From Candidatus Magasanikiibacteriota bacterium (GTDB taxonomy: Bacteria > Patescibacteriota > Patescibacteriia > Magasanikbacterales > GWA2-37-8): a DNA stretch of 64,000 nt. Of this stretch, positions 17,680 through 27,218 are shown piece by piece. The first letter of the stretch is position 1; the number at the start of each line of letters is the position of its first letter. A model generated the notes under the pieces. It searched no databases. It was given only the letters and a program-made list of their open reading frames with translations, and was not told where the DNA came from. The stretch spans positions 403 through 64,402 of the forward strand of contig SICD01000001.1 of the NCBI GenBank assembly GCA_009694865.1, read 5' to 3'. The position numbers and the translations under genes were made by a program.

Positions 17680-19401
17680 CTACAGTTCATCTTCAATAAC
17701 ATCTATCTCCTCTTCAATTTTCTTTTCAATACCACGAATCTGCGCCCGCAGATCGCGTAGAACCTTTTCTTCGGCCGCGCTTAATTTTCGCTCGGCCATG
17801 GCCTGTTCCAAATGTTTAATATCCTGCCGCATTTGTTCGGCTAAATCACCTAATGATTCGTGCACCGTGTTGCGTATCAGTACAGCCTCTTTACGCAACA
17901 ACCGGTTGGTATAAAAACCCCGATACGAGAAAAAAAGAATAATGGCAAAAAGCACAAGAATAACCGCCACCAAAATTATAATAATATAGTTATAGGCGCT
18001 TATGGATTCCAAGAGGGGCACCGGGTGAACGGTAAATGTTTCTACGGCGCTTCGCTCGCTCACATTGCCGCTGGTGTCAATGGCCTGGACCCAAAACGCA
18101 TAGGTACCCCGACGTAACTTTTTAGGCCACGCCAGAGAAAAATATCCGGCATTGTTGCTTTTGGTCTCGGCCATGGAAATTATTCCTTTGCTGTCTTTAA
18201 CCGATACCACGGCGGTGGCAAAGGGGTACGAACTACCCTGGACTTGAAATAAGTCGCCCTCGTCTAAATCGGCCGGAAAATTTGAAACCAGGGGCATGGC
18301 CAGCGGATTAATAACCACTTCTGCATTAGCTTCGCGAAAATTACCGGCATTATCTACGGCCCGCACGAGCACCGCGTATTTCCCTGGCTCACGAGGCGGC
18401 AATACAAAAGGGTTAGATTCCACCACCTCGGCCGGAACTACCTTTAAATAGGGGGAATCGCCAATTTTAACCTCATAATACGCGATACCAGAAATTTTAT
18501 CGGGTGTATTAAACAAAACAACCGGCCGCTGATCGGGAGTCACGTCGCCATGAGGGAATGTGACCGCAAACGGTTCAGGCGGTTCGTTGTCAATTTGCAG
18601 ACGGTAGACAACTACTTTTCCCCAGCCAAGGGCAGTGCGCGCCTGCAGTTGAAAATACCAAACACCATTGGCCAAATCAGGGATAGTTTTAGAGCGAACC
18701 GAAACTGGCACGGCCTGGCTAGGCAGAGCGCCTACCTCCCGACTTATTCCCCACCGAGTCGCGCTCGTGAGGGGCGGCAGGGTCCAGTTAAAGACAGCGG
18801 TTGACGTGGCATACCAGCCTGTCGAATCTGGATGGGTAAGAGAACTAATACGCGGGAGAGTTGGGTCGTCGCTCAACGATTTTGACAAGCTGCTAGACCC
18901 CTGAATAACATACTGCGCTGATTCGGTTTTGGCTTGTACATTGGTGCCGTTACCATCGTTCGCTAGTACCAGGGCGGAAACAAACGACACCTGCGCCACC
19001 CCTGAAGAAAGCGCGCGGAAGCGAATAGTGGCCAAAGTTCCTCCCGACCCGCTAAACCCCGGATTTTTAATAATGCCCTCTAGGCCAATGGTGCTCTGGT
19101 TACGGATAATAACAGGCTCGCGTACCCAAAAATCAATAATTGAATTACTAGTGGAAACAGACAGGGCTTCGAGAGTGGTTGCGGAATAACGCAAAATCGC
19201 CTGCACCGCGTTTATGGGGTCATCGCTCCCGGCCTCAAGGGTAACGGTAAAAATATCGCCAGCCGAAATAGGGGCGCGCGGACCAACAAAAAACAAGCGA
19301 GCCGGTTTATCCGTTGCCGTTGCACTAGAGGCAAGTGCGGCTCCGATAACGGATGAGAGCATCGCCACCCCGATAATTATTTTTTTAAATAAATCCCCCA
19401 T
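17680..19401 (-). CDS. Cohesin-domain surface protein with Ig-like domains and TM anchor
   Basis: Signal peptide, cohesin-like INAVQA.L.Y...LANDGNGT, C-terminal TM helix and coiled coil. Confidence 0.75.
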   Translation of the reverse strand: MGDLFKKIIIGVAMLSSVIGAALASSATATDKPARLFFVGPRAPISAGDIFTVTLEAGSDDPINAVQAILRYSATTLEALSVSTSNSIIDFWVREPVIIRNQSTIGLEGIIKNPGFSGSGGTLATIRFRALSSGVAQVSFVSALVLANDGNGTNVQAKTESAQYVIQGSSSLSKSLSDDPTLPRISSLTHPDSTGWYATSTAVFNWTLPPLTSATRWGISREVGALPSQAVPVSVRSKTIPDLANGVWYFQLQARTALGWGKVVVYRLQIDNEPPEPFAVTFPHGDVTPDQRPVVLFNTPDKISGIAYYEVKIGDSPYLKVVPAEVVESNPFVLPPREPGKYAVLVRAVDNAGNFREANAEVVINPLAMPLVSNFPADLDEGDLFQVQGSSYPFATAVVSVKDSKGIISMAETKSNNAGYFSLAWPKKLRRGTYAFWVQAIDTSGNVSERSAVETFTVHPVPLLESISAYNYIIIILVAVILVLFAIILFFSYRGFYTNRLLRKEAVLIRNTVHESLGDLAEQMRQDIKHLEQAMAERKLSAAEEKVLRDLRAQIRGIEKKIEEEIDVIEDEL

Positions 19402-19407
19402 GTTATT

Positions 19408-20328
19408 TTATTTTTTTATGCGTCGGCGTATACCAAAAACGAACAGAAGCGCAACGCCACTTACTACTAGTATACTCCAAATTCGTACAGAATAAAATGG
19501 TGATAAATTAACTGACGGAGGCAATGTCACCATAGCGCGATTCCCAGCACTGTCGACTGCCCGAACCGCCACAAAATGACGCGCCAATTGATCGCGCAAT
19601 ATATAAGGGCTGGTGGCGCGCTTCCAGGCGCCCGGCTTCGCATCACTCTCTCGAGTTTCCGCCACTTCATAATACTCAACTCCTGACTGCGTATCTCGCC
19701 CCATAAATACTACGGTTTTGACCCCCCCTGCCACCATAGGGTGCTCGGCGCGTTCTGCTACCAGAGAGGGCGGCGTGGTATCAGAAACGCGAAGCAAAGC
19801 CGCGGGGGCCACTCCTTGAGATTCAATAATATTAACGGTTAACGGTACAACCGTTACTGGCAACACAGTTGCTTTACCATCATGAGAGAGGAGGCTCACT
19901 TTAGACAAGGAAAATGTTACCGAGCCGGGCTCTCTAGCTTCAAAATCCACGCTAAACATTTTACCCGGTTCTGGTTCTTTGGCATACGGACTAAACACAC
20001 CTTGAAAACCGCCAGGAATAATTCCGGAAAAAACCACTCCCCGTTTTTGAATAACAGGGGCAGTAACCCACCAAGTAATAATTGAATTAGCGCCCGAAGT
20101 AGCGCGCGGAACTACCCGATCCGTATCGGCTTCCAGCGTTCCCTCTAAGGCATTAATCACCACCTCGTCCGGCTTAAGTTCGGCCGACACGGTAAAGGTA
20201 CTGCCCACCGGAACCGACCGTGCGGGACCAATTAAATTAATAGTGGCGGCCTTAGCAACACCGCCCATTGCTAAAGCAATAAATCCAAGGGCAATACTAA
20301 AACCCAAACGCAAAATAAAAAATTTCAT
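19408..20328 (-). CDS. Cohesin-domain membrane-anchored protein
   Basis: INALEG.L, FSGIIPGGF, L.HDG; C-terminal TM followed by RRRIKK. Confidence 0.75.
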   Translation of the reverse strand: MKFFILRLGFSIALGFIALAMGGVAKAATINLIGPARSVPVGSTFTVSAELKPDEVVINALEGTLEADTDRVVPRATSGANSIITWWVTAPVIQKRGVVFSGIIPGGFQGVFSPYAKEPEPGKMFSVDFEAREPGSVTFSLSKVSLLSHDGKATVLPVTVVPLTVNIIESQGVAPAALLRVSDTTPPSLVAERAEHPMVAGGVKTVVFMGRDTQSGVEYYEVAETRESDAKPGAWKRATSPYILRDQLARHFVAVRAVDSAGNRAMVTLPPSVNLSPFYSVRIWSILVVSGVALLFVFGIRRRIKK

Positions 20329-20338
20329 AATGCCTCAA

Positions 20339-21253
20339 TTAGCCCGTCCAATAAAACGCCATAATACTAAAATCTTTTAAATCAATCTGTCCGTCATTAT
20401 TTAAATCAAACTGCGCCGGTGCCCCGGGTTTTGCATACCAAAAAGCAATCATGGAAAAATCTACCAAATTAACACGCTGGTCTGCGTTAAAATCTCCGAG
20501 TAGTGTCTGCGTACCCGCCGGGTTAAAGGTCGTTGTATCCCCGAGCAATACCGTTTCGGGGCGACTGGCCGGGGTTTCCTTATCCCCCACTATAACCGAG
20601 GCCTCTAACGTATAGGTTCCGCGCAAGAACGGTTTTGTGTTAATAACCACCCGAAATAAACCGACGTTGTTAGAGCGCGTGGTAATAAGAGCCGAGGAAG
20701 GACCCTTTAAACGAATTGTCACCCGCGCGCCCGGCGAGGAGAGGCCGCTCACAATTAAATTATCGCCTTGCTTTACCGCGCTCTGGTCTGCCCACATCAC
20801 GGGCGTGGCAACAATACCGCTAACCGTGAGGGTGGTACGCTCGGCAACTAACAGTGGAATCAAAAAATTGCTGGAACGAAAACCGTTGGTATCAATGCTA
20901 TTAATAGTAAAGACGTGGTTGCCAATTGTAACCGCCGGTAAAACAATGGTAAATGCACCCTGCGCTGTGGTTGTGGCGCTGGTGGTGAGCACGCCATCAG
21001 TGAGAATTGTTATACGAGCTCCTGGGAACGACGTGCCGGCAAAACTCACGCTGGTAGGTGTGTTAAGTTCAGAAAAAGCCCCGCCCCCGCCAGATGTTTG
21101 CCCTGGAGAATTGGACTGTGTCCCCGGCAACACTACCGCGGTCACCGTTATGGTAGTTTCAGCCCCCTGTACCCTCTCCCCCGCCACCAACAAAAAAACA
21201 GCCAGCATTATTGCCAGGCCGACTGAATATAATTTTGAAACAGTGGTAATCAT
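20339..21253 (-). CDS. Ig-like protein with C-terminal dockerin-like domain
   Basis: Duplicated Ca-binding loops GDFNADQRVNLVDFS / DLNNDGQIDLKDFS. Confidence 0.8.
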   Translation of the reverse strand: MITTVSKLYSVGLAIMLAVFLLVAGERVQGAETTITVTAVVLPGTQSNSPGQTSGGGGAFSELNTPTSVSFAGTSFPGARITILTDGVLTTSATTTAQGAFTIVLPAVTIGNHVFTINSIDTNGFRSSNFLIPLLVAERTTLTVSGIVATPVMWADQSAVKQGDNLIVSGLSSPGARVTIRLKGPSSALITTRSNNVGLFRVVINTKPFLRGTYTLEASVIVGDKETPASRPETVLLGDTTTFNPAGTQTLLGDFNADQRVNLVDFSMIAFWYAKPGAPAQFDLNNDGQIDLKDFSIMAFYWTG

Positions 21254-21261
21254 GGGCCTTA

Positions 21262-22278
21262 CTAGTGGCGGGAATCACGCGCGCGAGCAATAATCCAGGC
21301 ATTATAACGCCGAATACCCACGCGGCCGCCGATCAATATCAAAGCTATAATTAGAACACAAAGAGTTAGCAGCTGCCACGGCACCAGTAGCACGCGCTGC
21401 GTAGCCATCATTTGCTCGACCGATTCCACCCCCCACTTTAAGTCGAGCTTGGCGGTGTACAACCCAAAAGCAAAATGATTCCATTGGTGTTTTACGGTTT
21501 GCCAATAACCAGCGGGCCGATTTAAATTGCCAGCAAATTCTTGAGGCCAAACGACCTCAAAACGCCGAATGCTCGCCGGTAAAACATTATTTTCTGCCGG
21601 GTTGGCGGAAAGCTCGGCCACCTTCTGGCCAAGCATAGAAGTAATTGTTATGGTTCCGGCAGGCTTTAGCCGATCACCCCCGCCGTTGCGCAAACGAAAC
21701 ACAAACGTCACTGGCACGCTATCAAACCAGCGCTGGTTATTAAGCGAAGTAAACTCAACTAGCCCAGCTTCCTCTTTGACATCGCCCGAAACACGAAGCA
21801 AAACCAGGGTGCCTATTTTGGCTCCCACGGCTAATTGCCCGCCTTGGCCCTGGCTTGGCGTTGTGCTCCAAAAAATTGCGGCAAAGTGGCCACCCGGTTC
21901 TGCCGACGCCGGAATGGTTATGGTAAAAGGAACTTTACGCTGCTCTCCCGGAGCCAGGGTTATCTCGCCAGACGTGTTCACCCATGTTGACAAGCCTTCG
22001 GTTCCAGCCACAAAATTGGGTACTCCACCTTCGCCTTGGGCCTCAAAATTTTCGGCCGAAGAATAAAAACGTTTGGACTCCTTTTGGTCATTCATGAGGA
22101 GGAGTTCGGAACTAATAACACTGCCCGGGTCCCCCGTTAACTCCAGTCGCGCCGGAGAAATGGTAAGGGCCTTCGCGCTCTTTGACCCTAAAAAAAAGCT
22201 CATCGCTATCAAAAAAAATATCGCGGAGCTCTTTGTTGCCGAACGGAAAAAAATATGAAACGTAAGAAACTTTTTCAT
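21262..22278 (-). CDS. DUF916/WxL-interacting-like membrane protein
   Basis: ITLAPGEQRKVPFTITIP..AEPGGH; C-terminal TM PWQLL. Confidence 0.65.
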   Translation of the reverse strand: MKKFLTFHIFFRSATKSSAIFFLIAMSFFLGSKSAKALTISPARLELTGDPGSVISSELLLMNDQKESKRFYSSAENFEAQGEGGVPNFVAGTEGLSTWVNTSGEITLAPGEQRKVPFTITIPASAEPGGHFAAIFWSTTPSQGQGGQLAVGAKIGTLVLLRVSGDVKEEAGLVEFTSLNNQRWFDSVPVTFVFRLRNGGGDRLKPAGTITITSMLGQKVAELSANPAENNVLPASIRRFEVVWPQEFAGNLNRPAGYWQTVKHQWNHFAFGLYTAKLDLKWGVESVEQMMATQRVLLVPWQLLTLCVLIIALILIGGRVGIRRYNAWIIARARDSRH

Positions 22279-22315
22279 ACGTTACCAACCTCCCATTTAA
22301 ACATATAAAAAAGGA

Positions 22316-23368
22316 CTAGAAGTTTGCGGTGGCAACGTAGGTTAACGTGGCTGTATAGCTACCCGCTTCGGTGTTAGCGCCGATATTAGCCAGATACCGC
22401 ACCGAGTAGGTGGTGTTGGCCGAAGCGCCCGCCGCCGATGCGACGGTACTTGCCGTGTTGCCCGTGGCGGCATAAGCAAACCCAGCGGCCGCATAGGGCG
22501 CGCTTACCGCACCGCTGCCGCCTGCCGCGTTACTACGCAAACCAAATTGTTCAGTGCCGGCGCTGGACGCGGTATTAACGTTACCAATGGCGCTAACCGT
22601 ATTAGCGCCGCTTGTTAGCGTGGCGCCTTTAACAGTAACGGTGTACCCGCTGTTTCCGTTGGTACTGGCAATTAAGGTATGCGCTTCGGCTTCCACGTCC
22701 GAGCCAGCACCAACGCCAGCATAGCGAGCCGCGGCCGAACTTAAAGTCCCAAAATCAATGGTGTTGGCCGAGATACTAAAAGACAAAGAGGGCGCGACCG
22801 TTGCCGAAATCGCCACTTGGTCGTTGGTGACAATCTGCACGCTCATGATTCCCGCATCACCAAACGTACCGCTAATAGTAATAGTATATGGCCCAGCGAC
22901 CGAGGGGTTAACGGCATTGGAGCTATCCAAAATCATAATGAGCTTATCGCTGGCCGCTACGGCCGCCGCGCCCACGCCATCCGTTGGCGCCGTTAAAGTT
23001 AATATACGATTTTGGACTCCGGAAAAAACCGCCCCCCAAGCAGTGGCGGAGGGGTTAGCGGCCAAGGTCTCGGTGTTCTCGGCCCCGGTATTGGCACCAT
23101 GGGTAAACGTCACAGTATTAATTGCTTTGCTCGACAAATTAAAATCTGAGGGAAATGTGACTATTATGGTATCAGTATTTTCATTGGCACCGGTTGGTGA
23201 AGTAAAAGTGAGGATGTGGCTCGAAGCGGTATTTACCTTAAGCGAGGACATGGTATCGCTTAAACCCATAAGCGCCGCCGCCTCCGCCCCGGAGTATGGC
23301 CACCCTACCCCAGCCATAATAACACTTATAACGAGAGTGGCGGAAACAATTATTTTGACTGTTCTCAT
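22316..23368 (-). CDS. Secreted WxL-like surface protein
   Basis: Signal peptide; ends AGSYTATLTYVATANF. Confidence 0.6.
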   Translation of the reverse strand: MRTVKIIVSATLVISVIMAGVGWPYSGAEAAALMGLSDTMSSLKVNTASSHILTFTSPTGANENTDTIIVTFPSDFNLSSKAINTVTFTHGANTGAENTETLAANPSATAWGAVFSGVQNRILTLTAPTDGVGAAAVAASDKLIMILDSSNAVNPSVAGPYTITISGTFGDAGIMSVQIVTNDQVAISATVAPSLSFSISANTIDFGTLSSAAARYAGVGAGSDVEAEAHTLIASTNGNSGYTVTVKGATLTSGANTVSAIGNVNTASSAGTEQFGLRSNAAGGSGAVSAPYAAAGFAYAATGNTASTVASAAGASANTTYSVRYLANIGANTEAGSYTATLTYVATANF

Positions 23369-23466
23369 ATATTTAAAATTACTCCTTTTTTAGGATTTCT
23401 TTAGAGCCTATAGTATAACACAGTTTGCTCAAGTCTCGAACAAAGTTATACACATAATTAATTCGT

Positions 23467-25683
23467 CTAATAGGTAGCAGTAACCACATAGGTGAGGGCG
23501 GCTTGATATTCGCCCGTTGGTTTAGTGGGGGCAACATTGGCCACATACCGAACGGAAACAGTCGTTGGCGCTCCGACGAGCGTACTTCCCCCTACAATCA
23601 TACTCGTGCTCGTGCCGGTAGCGCCATACGCAAACCCAGCTCCCATATAAGGAGTAGTGATAATGTTTGAACCGTTGGAGATGACAATCCGTAGGCCAAA
23701 CTGGTTCGTACCAGGCATTGATGCTGTATTGACGGGGCCAATCGCATTAATAACTCCTATCACGGAACCAAGCGGATCGCCCTGTACCGTTATAACATAG
23801 GGCAAAACTCCGTCTGATCCAATGGCCAAGGTATGGGCTTCGGTTTCGGTAGCGGCTCCCGCGCCACTAGCCGTAGCATAACGCGCGGCGTGGGGATATA
23901 ACAAACCAAAACCGGCCGTGCTGGTTGAAATTGAAAAAGACAAAAATGTCGGCGGAGGTGGATTTGTCGCCGGAGTTATCCACCTCACACTCACCAGCGC
24001 AAAATCCCAATCCCGCGTCACCGGCGCCACCGCCGTAGAAGCCGACGTGCGCAAACGCAGAGCCGCCACATTGTTCACGGTATCAATAAAATTCTGCGGG
24101 TTAATTTGGAAGATGCCATCCGTAAACGTGAACGTGGTTAAAGCGTTGGTACCACCCACCGCGCTCCACCCCCCGGCAATGGTTTGGCCGGCAAATTGAC
24201 CGGAATAATCTTTAAGGCCAAGCTGAACGGTGTTGGCCGTGACATTGCTTCTAAAGCGAGCCGCGAAACGAATGCCGGTGACGGCCGCGCCAGCGGGAAC
24301 GGTAATCGGAACGGTCACATTGGCGCTCGCGCTGTAATTGGTTCCCCAGGTACCAGCCCCATCGGTTGGGTAGGGCGTGGTAGCGCAGGGGGCCGTGTTG
24401 TTTAAACAGGTTGTTTGGGTCCACGTGTTACCAACGGTGGCCGTGGTGAGAGCGGCTAAATCTGCTGTCGCCGCAGATGTACCGGACCCTAGTTGACCAA
24501 AAGATATTTCCGATTGGTTCGTATCGGTATTCACCGAGCCAACGGTAATATATATTTGATCGGTGCCCAGTGTTTGCGTGCCGCCCACGGTGCTAAAAAT
24601 AAGGATTCTCGTTTCTCCACTGGAGATATAATTAGCGAGCGTGACATTGGATTTGGCAAAAAAATTACTTTGGAGGGTATTAATCGCGGAAGCGACAATG
24701 GGAGCGGCGTTTAAATTTTCCCAACTGCTACTATTGAAATTCCAAATAGCCACATTGTACGTGAGGGCAAGGTTTGAAACAAAGCCGCCGTTGTACGCCA
24801 CGAGGATAGTGTTCGCGCCAGTGTAGGTTTGAATGTTTTTAAAAGAATAGTAAAAACTTAAAGGGTTGGCTACGGTGTTGGTAATGGTTTGGCGAGTAGC
24901 ATTGTTAGTAAACACCGAAAGGTAATCTCCATTTACGGCGCCGGCAAACGGGGCGATGGGGTTGTAGGAGTCGGGGTAATACACCGGGTCAATGGCCGCC
25001 TCAAGCTGTACTCTGTCAAGGTTGAATTGTACCAGCGAATTAACGGTGGAAAAAAATCTAATCCGCACGGTACTGTTCGAGACGAAGTTGGTGAGCGGGG
25101 TGGCGACTTTAACCCCGGGGTTGGTGCCCGTGTAAAAATATCCGTTAAAAATTTCAAAGGTGCGGCTGGTGTCAGCCGTTTCGGTAAAAGCGGTGGCTTT
25201 GGGGTTGTTCAGCGTGCGCCATCCCCCGCCCGTACACTGTGCGTCGGCGACATTGTCGACTCCGGTGGACGAAGCCCAATCACAAATTTGAATAAAGAAA
25301 TTGCGGGCCGTGGTAACATTCGCGGTCTCGGTTGTGAGGAGCAGTTTGTTAGCGCCATTGAGGCTGACGCCGCCGAGATCAACCTGGGCATTGAAGCCGG
25401 TGGGCGTGCCAACAAACGACCAGAACAGGTTGTCGGTGGCGAGGGTACCACGATATGACCCGACATTAGTGGCGGAATTGGCAGCAGGGGTGCCGAGGAC
25501 AAGGTTGCCGGCCGAGGGGGAGAAGAGGGAGGTGGCGGCCTGAACCGGGGTGACCAAAGAATTGTCCGGCCCCACATTTAAACCAATACCCACTAATAGC
25601 GGCACCGATGCGTTAGAAAAAACGATGACCGCGGTGAGCGCCCATACGGCCAGTACAATAAATTTTTTTCGTATCGCGCGCAT
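23467..25683 (-). CDS. Large secreted protein with the same WxL-like C-terminal domain
   Basis: C-terminal ~155 aa paralogous to 22316-23368 (LSFSIS, EAHTL, QFGLR, GFAY, SVRY.AN, Y.A.LTYV.TA). Confidence 0.65.
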   Translation of the reverse strand: MRAIRKKFIVLAVWALTAVIVFSNASVPLLVGIGLNVGPDNSLVTPVQAATSLFSPSAGNLVLGTPAANSATNVGSYRGTLATDNLFWSFVGTPTGFNAQVDLGGVSLNGANKLLLTTETANVTTARNFFIQICDWASSTGVDNVADAQCTGGGWRTLNNPKATAFTETADTSRTFEIFNGYFYTGTNPGVKVATPLTNFVSNSTVRIRFFSTVNSLVQFNLDRVQLEAAIDPVYYPDSYNPIAPFAGAVNGDYLSVFTNNATRQTITNTVANPLSFYYSFKNIQTYTGANTILVAYNGGFVSNLALTYNVAIWNFNSSSWENLNAAPIVASAINTLQSNFFAKSNVTLANYISSGETRILIFSTVGGTQTLGTDQIYITVGSVNTDTNQSEISFGQLGSGTSAATADLAALTTATVGNTWTQTTCLNNTAPCATTPYPTDGAGTWGTNYSASANVTVPITVPAGAAVTGIRFAARFRSNVTANTVQLGLKDYSGQFAGQTIAGGWSAVGGTNALTTFTFTDGIFQINPQNFIDTVNNVAALRLRTSASTAVAPVTRDWDFALVSVRWITPATNPPPPTFLSFSISTSTAGFGLLYPHAARYATASGAGAATETEAHTLAIGSDGVLPYVITVQGDPLGSVIGVINAIGPVNTASMPGTNQFGLRIVISNGSNIITTPYMGAGFAYGATGTSTSMIVGGSTLVGAPTTVSVRYVANVAPTKPTGEYQAALTYVVTATY

Positions 25684-25692
25684 ATGCAAGTA

Positions 25693-27192
25693 CTATGGCG
25701 ATAGTGTTGTCGTAACTACTGTTATTATGGGCGATGAACTCGCCATAATTTCGCTAGTAGTGGTAGTAAACATATCACTCGTGCTCGTGGCCATAACCGA
25801 AAGTATTGTGGTATCTGGCGAAGACGAAACAACGATGGTAGGAACGGCGACCAGCGGCAAAGCCACTAAAGCCGCTACTGTGGTGGTGGCGTTAAGTGCG
25901 GCCACAACCTGCGAGTCCGGCAACTCATACTCTTCAGTGTCTCCGTTAAAAATAATCCATTGCCCGCCGCGCCAGTGCACTTTATAACTGCCCGATCCAA
26001 TCCAATCGGTTGGTTCGCTGTCAATAATAATAGTTTGTGAATTATACTCGCCGTCAGCGCGCCAGGCGGCAATCACCTCTGGCTCCGCTCGGCCCGAGAG
26101 CCAAAAAATAGTGTTGTCTTTCACCATTGGGGGGAGCGGCAAAAGCTCGGAGGTTTCAATTTTGTACGCGGGAGCCGTGGTGTTGCCCAACTCATCGGCT
26201 GGCGCGTACCACAAACTATACCCATCCGGGGTATGCGCCAAAGCAGTAGTAATACCCGGAGACACCACCACAATGCTAATTTCTTCGGCTTTGAGAAGCG
26301 GCTCTACAGCCTCCGGCACACTATCGGTTGGCGCGGCAATAAGCATCATCCCATCCACATACACCGGCGGCTCTGGCATAGCCCCCGGTACAAACTGGAG
26401 CATTATTTGCACCCGCCCCGGATCAATTGGTTCTGTAATGGGAATTTCAAAATCGCTCTCGGGGTGATCAATGTTAACGGTCGCGAGCGATTGCCAAGCC
26501 ACCCCATCGAGCGAGTATTGTATTAAGAACATCCCGGGTAAACTTTCGGGTACGAGTAGCGCAGTGGAGGCTTCCGCGGTTGAACTAACATTATCACTGG
26601 TGGATGTAACCACTAGGGGTAGTTCAAAAACACTACCAGTAGTAGAATTTGTCTCGGGGATAGTTTCCTCATCCAACGCCATACTCAATTCAAGAGTGGC
26701 GGGTTCCTCGGTCGTGGTGGTTGCGGCGGATGGCGTAATTTCATTAACCGTACTCACTAAAGATTCTTCAGAAACCAACGACCAGGCTAAATGCAAACGC
26801 AAACGCGAAACAAGTATTTGCTCCTCTGCCACACCCCGAAAATCCCCGCAATACAATTGCTGTACTCCTTCCGTGAACACAGCCGCGGTAGTAGTGGAAA
26901 ACAAATCTCGGGGTTCAGTAGTATCTAAAATATTTTGAGCGGCGTGCTGTGGATTTTGAACACTGCCCAAACAGGTGGTAGGGAAAAATACTATTTCTTG
27001 AGCTTGAGAAATAGAAAAAATAACCATTGTTAGCGCAATGCCAAAAAACACGGTGGTGGTTACCAAACCAAACGTCCGTATTTTTACATACGCCCACAGA
27101 CGCTCTGCGATAGTTGCGGACGTTGATAGTGCCCTGTGTCTACGACGCCACACCACAGCGCGAGTGCGTGCCTTCAATTTTTTCGCAGCCAT
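25693..27192 (-). CDS. Membrane-anchored S/T-rich hypothetical protein
   Basis: N-terminal TM, acidic S/T-rich linkers. Confidence 0.6.
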   Translation of the reverse strand: MAAKKLKARTRAVVWRRRHRALSTSATIAERLWAYVKIRTFGLVTTTVFFGIALTMVIFSISQAQEIVFFPTTCLGSVQNPQHAAQNILDTTEPRDLFSTTTAAVFTEGVQQLYCGDFRGVAEEQILVSRLRLHLAWSLVSEESLVSTVNEITPSAATTTTEEPATLELSMALDEETIPETNSTTGSVFELPLVVTSTSDNVSSTAEASTALLVPESLPGMFLIQYSLDGVAWQSLATVNIDHPESDFEIPITEPIDPGRVQIMLQFVPGAMPEPPVYVDGMMLIAAPTDSVPEAVEPLLKAEEISIVVVSPGITTALAHTPDGYSLWYAPADELGNTTAPAYKIETSELLPLPPMVKDNTIFWLSGRAEPEVIAAWRADGEYNSQTIIIDSEPTDWIGSGSYKVHWRGGQWIIFNGDTEEYELPDSQVVAALNATTTVAALVALPLVAVPTIVVSSSPDTTILSVMATSTSDMFTTTTSEIMASSSPIITVVTTTLSP

Positions 27193-27218
27193 ATAAATAA
27201 TTTTTCCTAAAATTTTGT

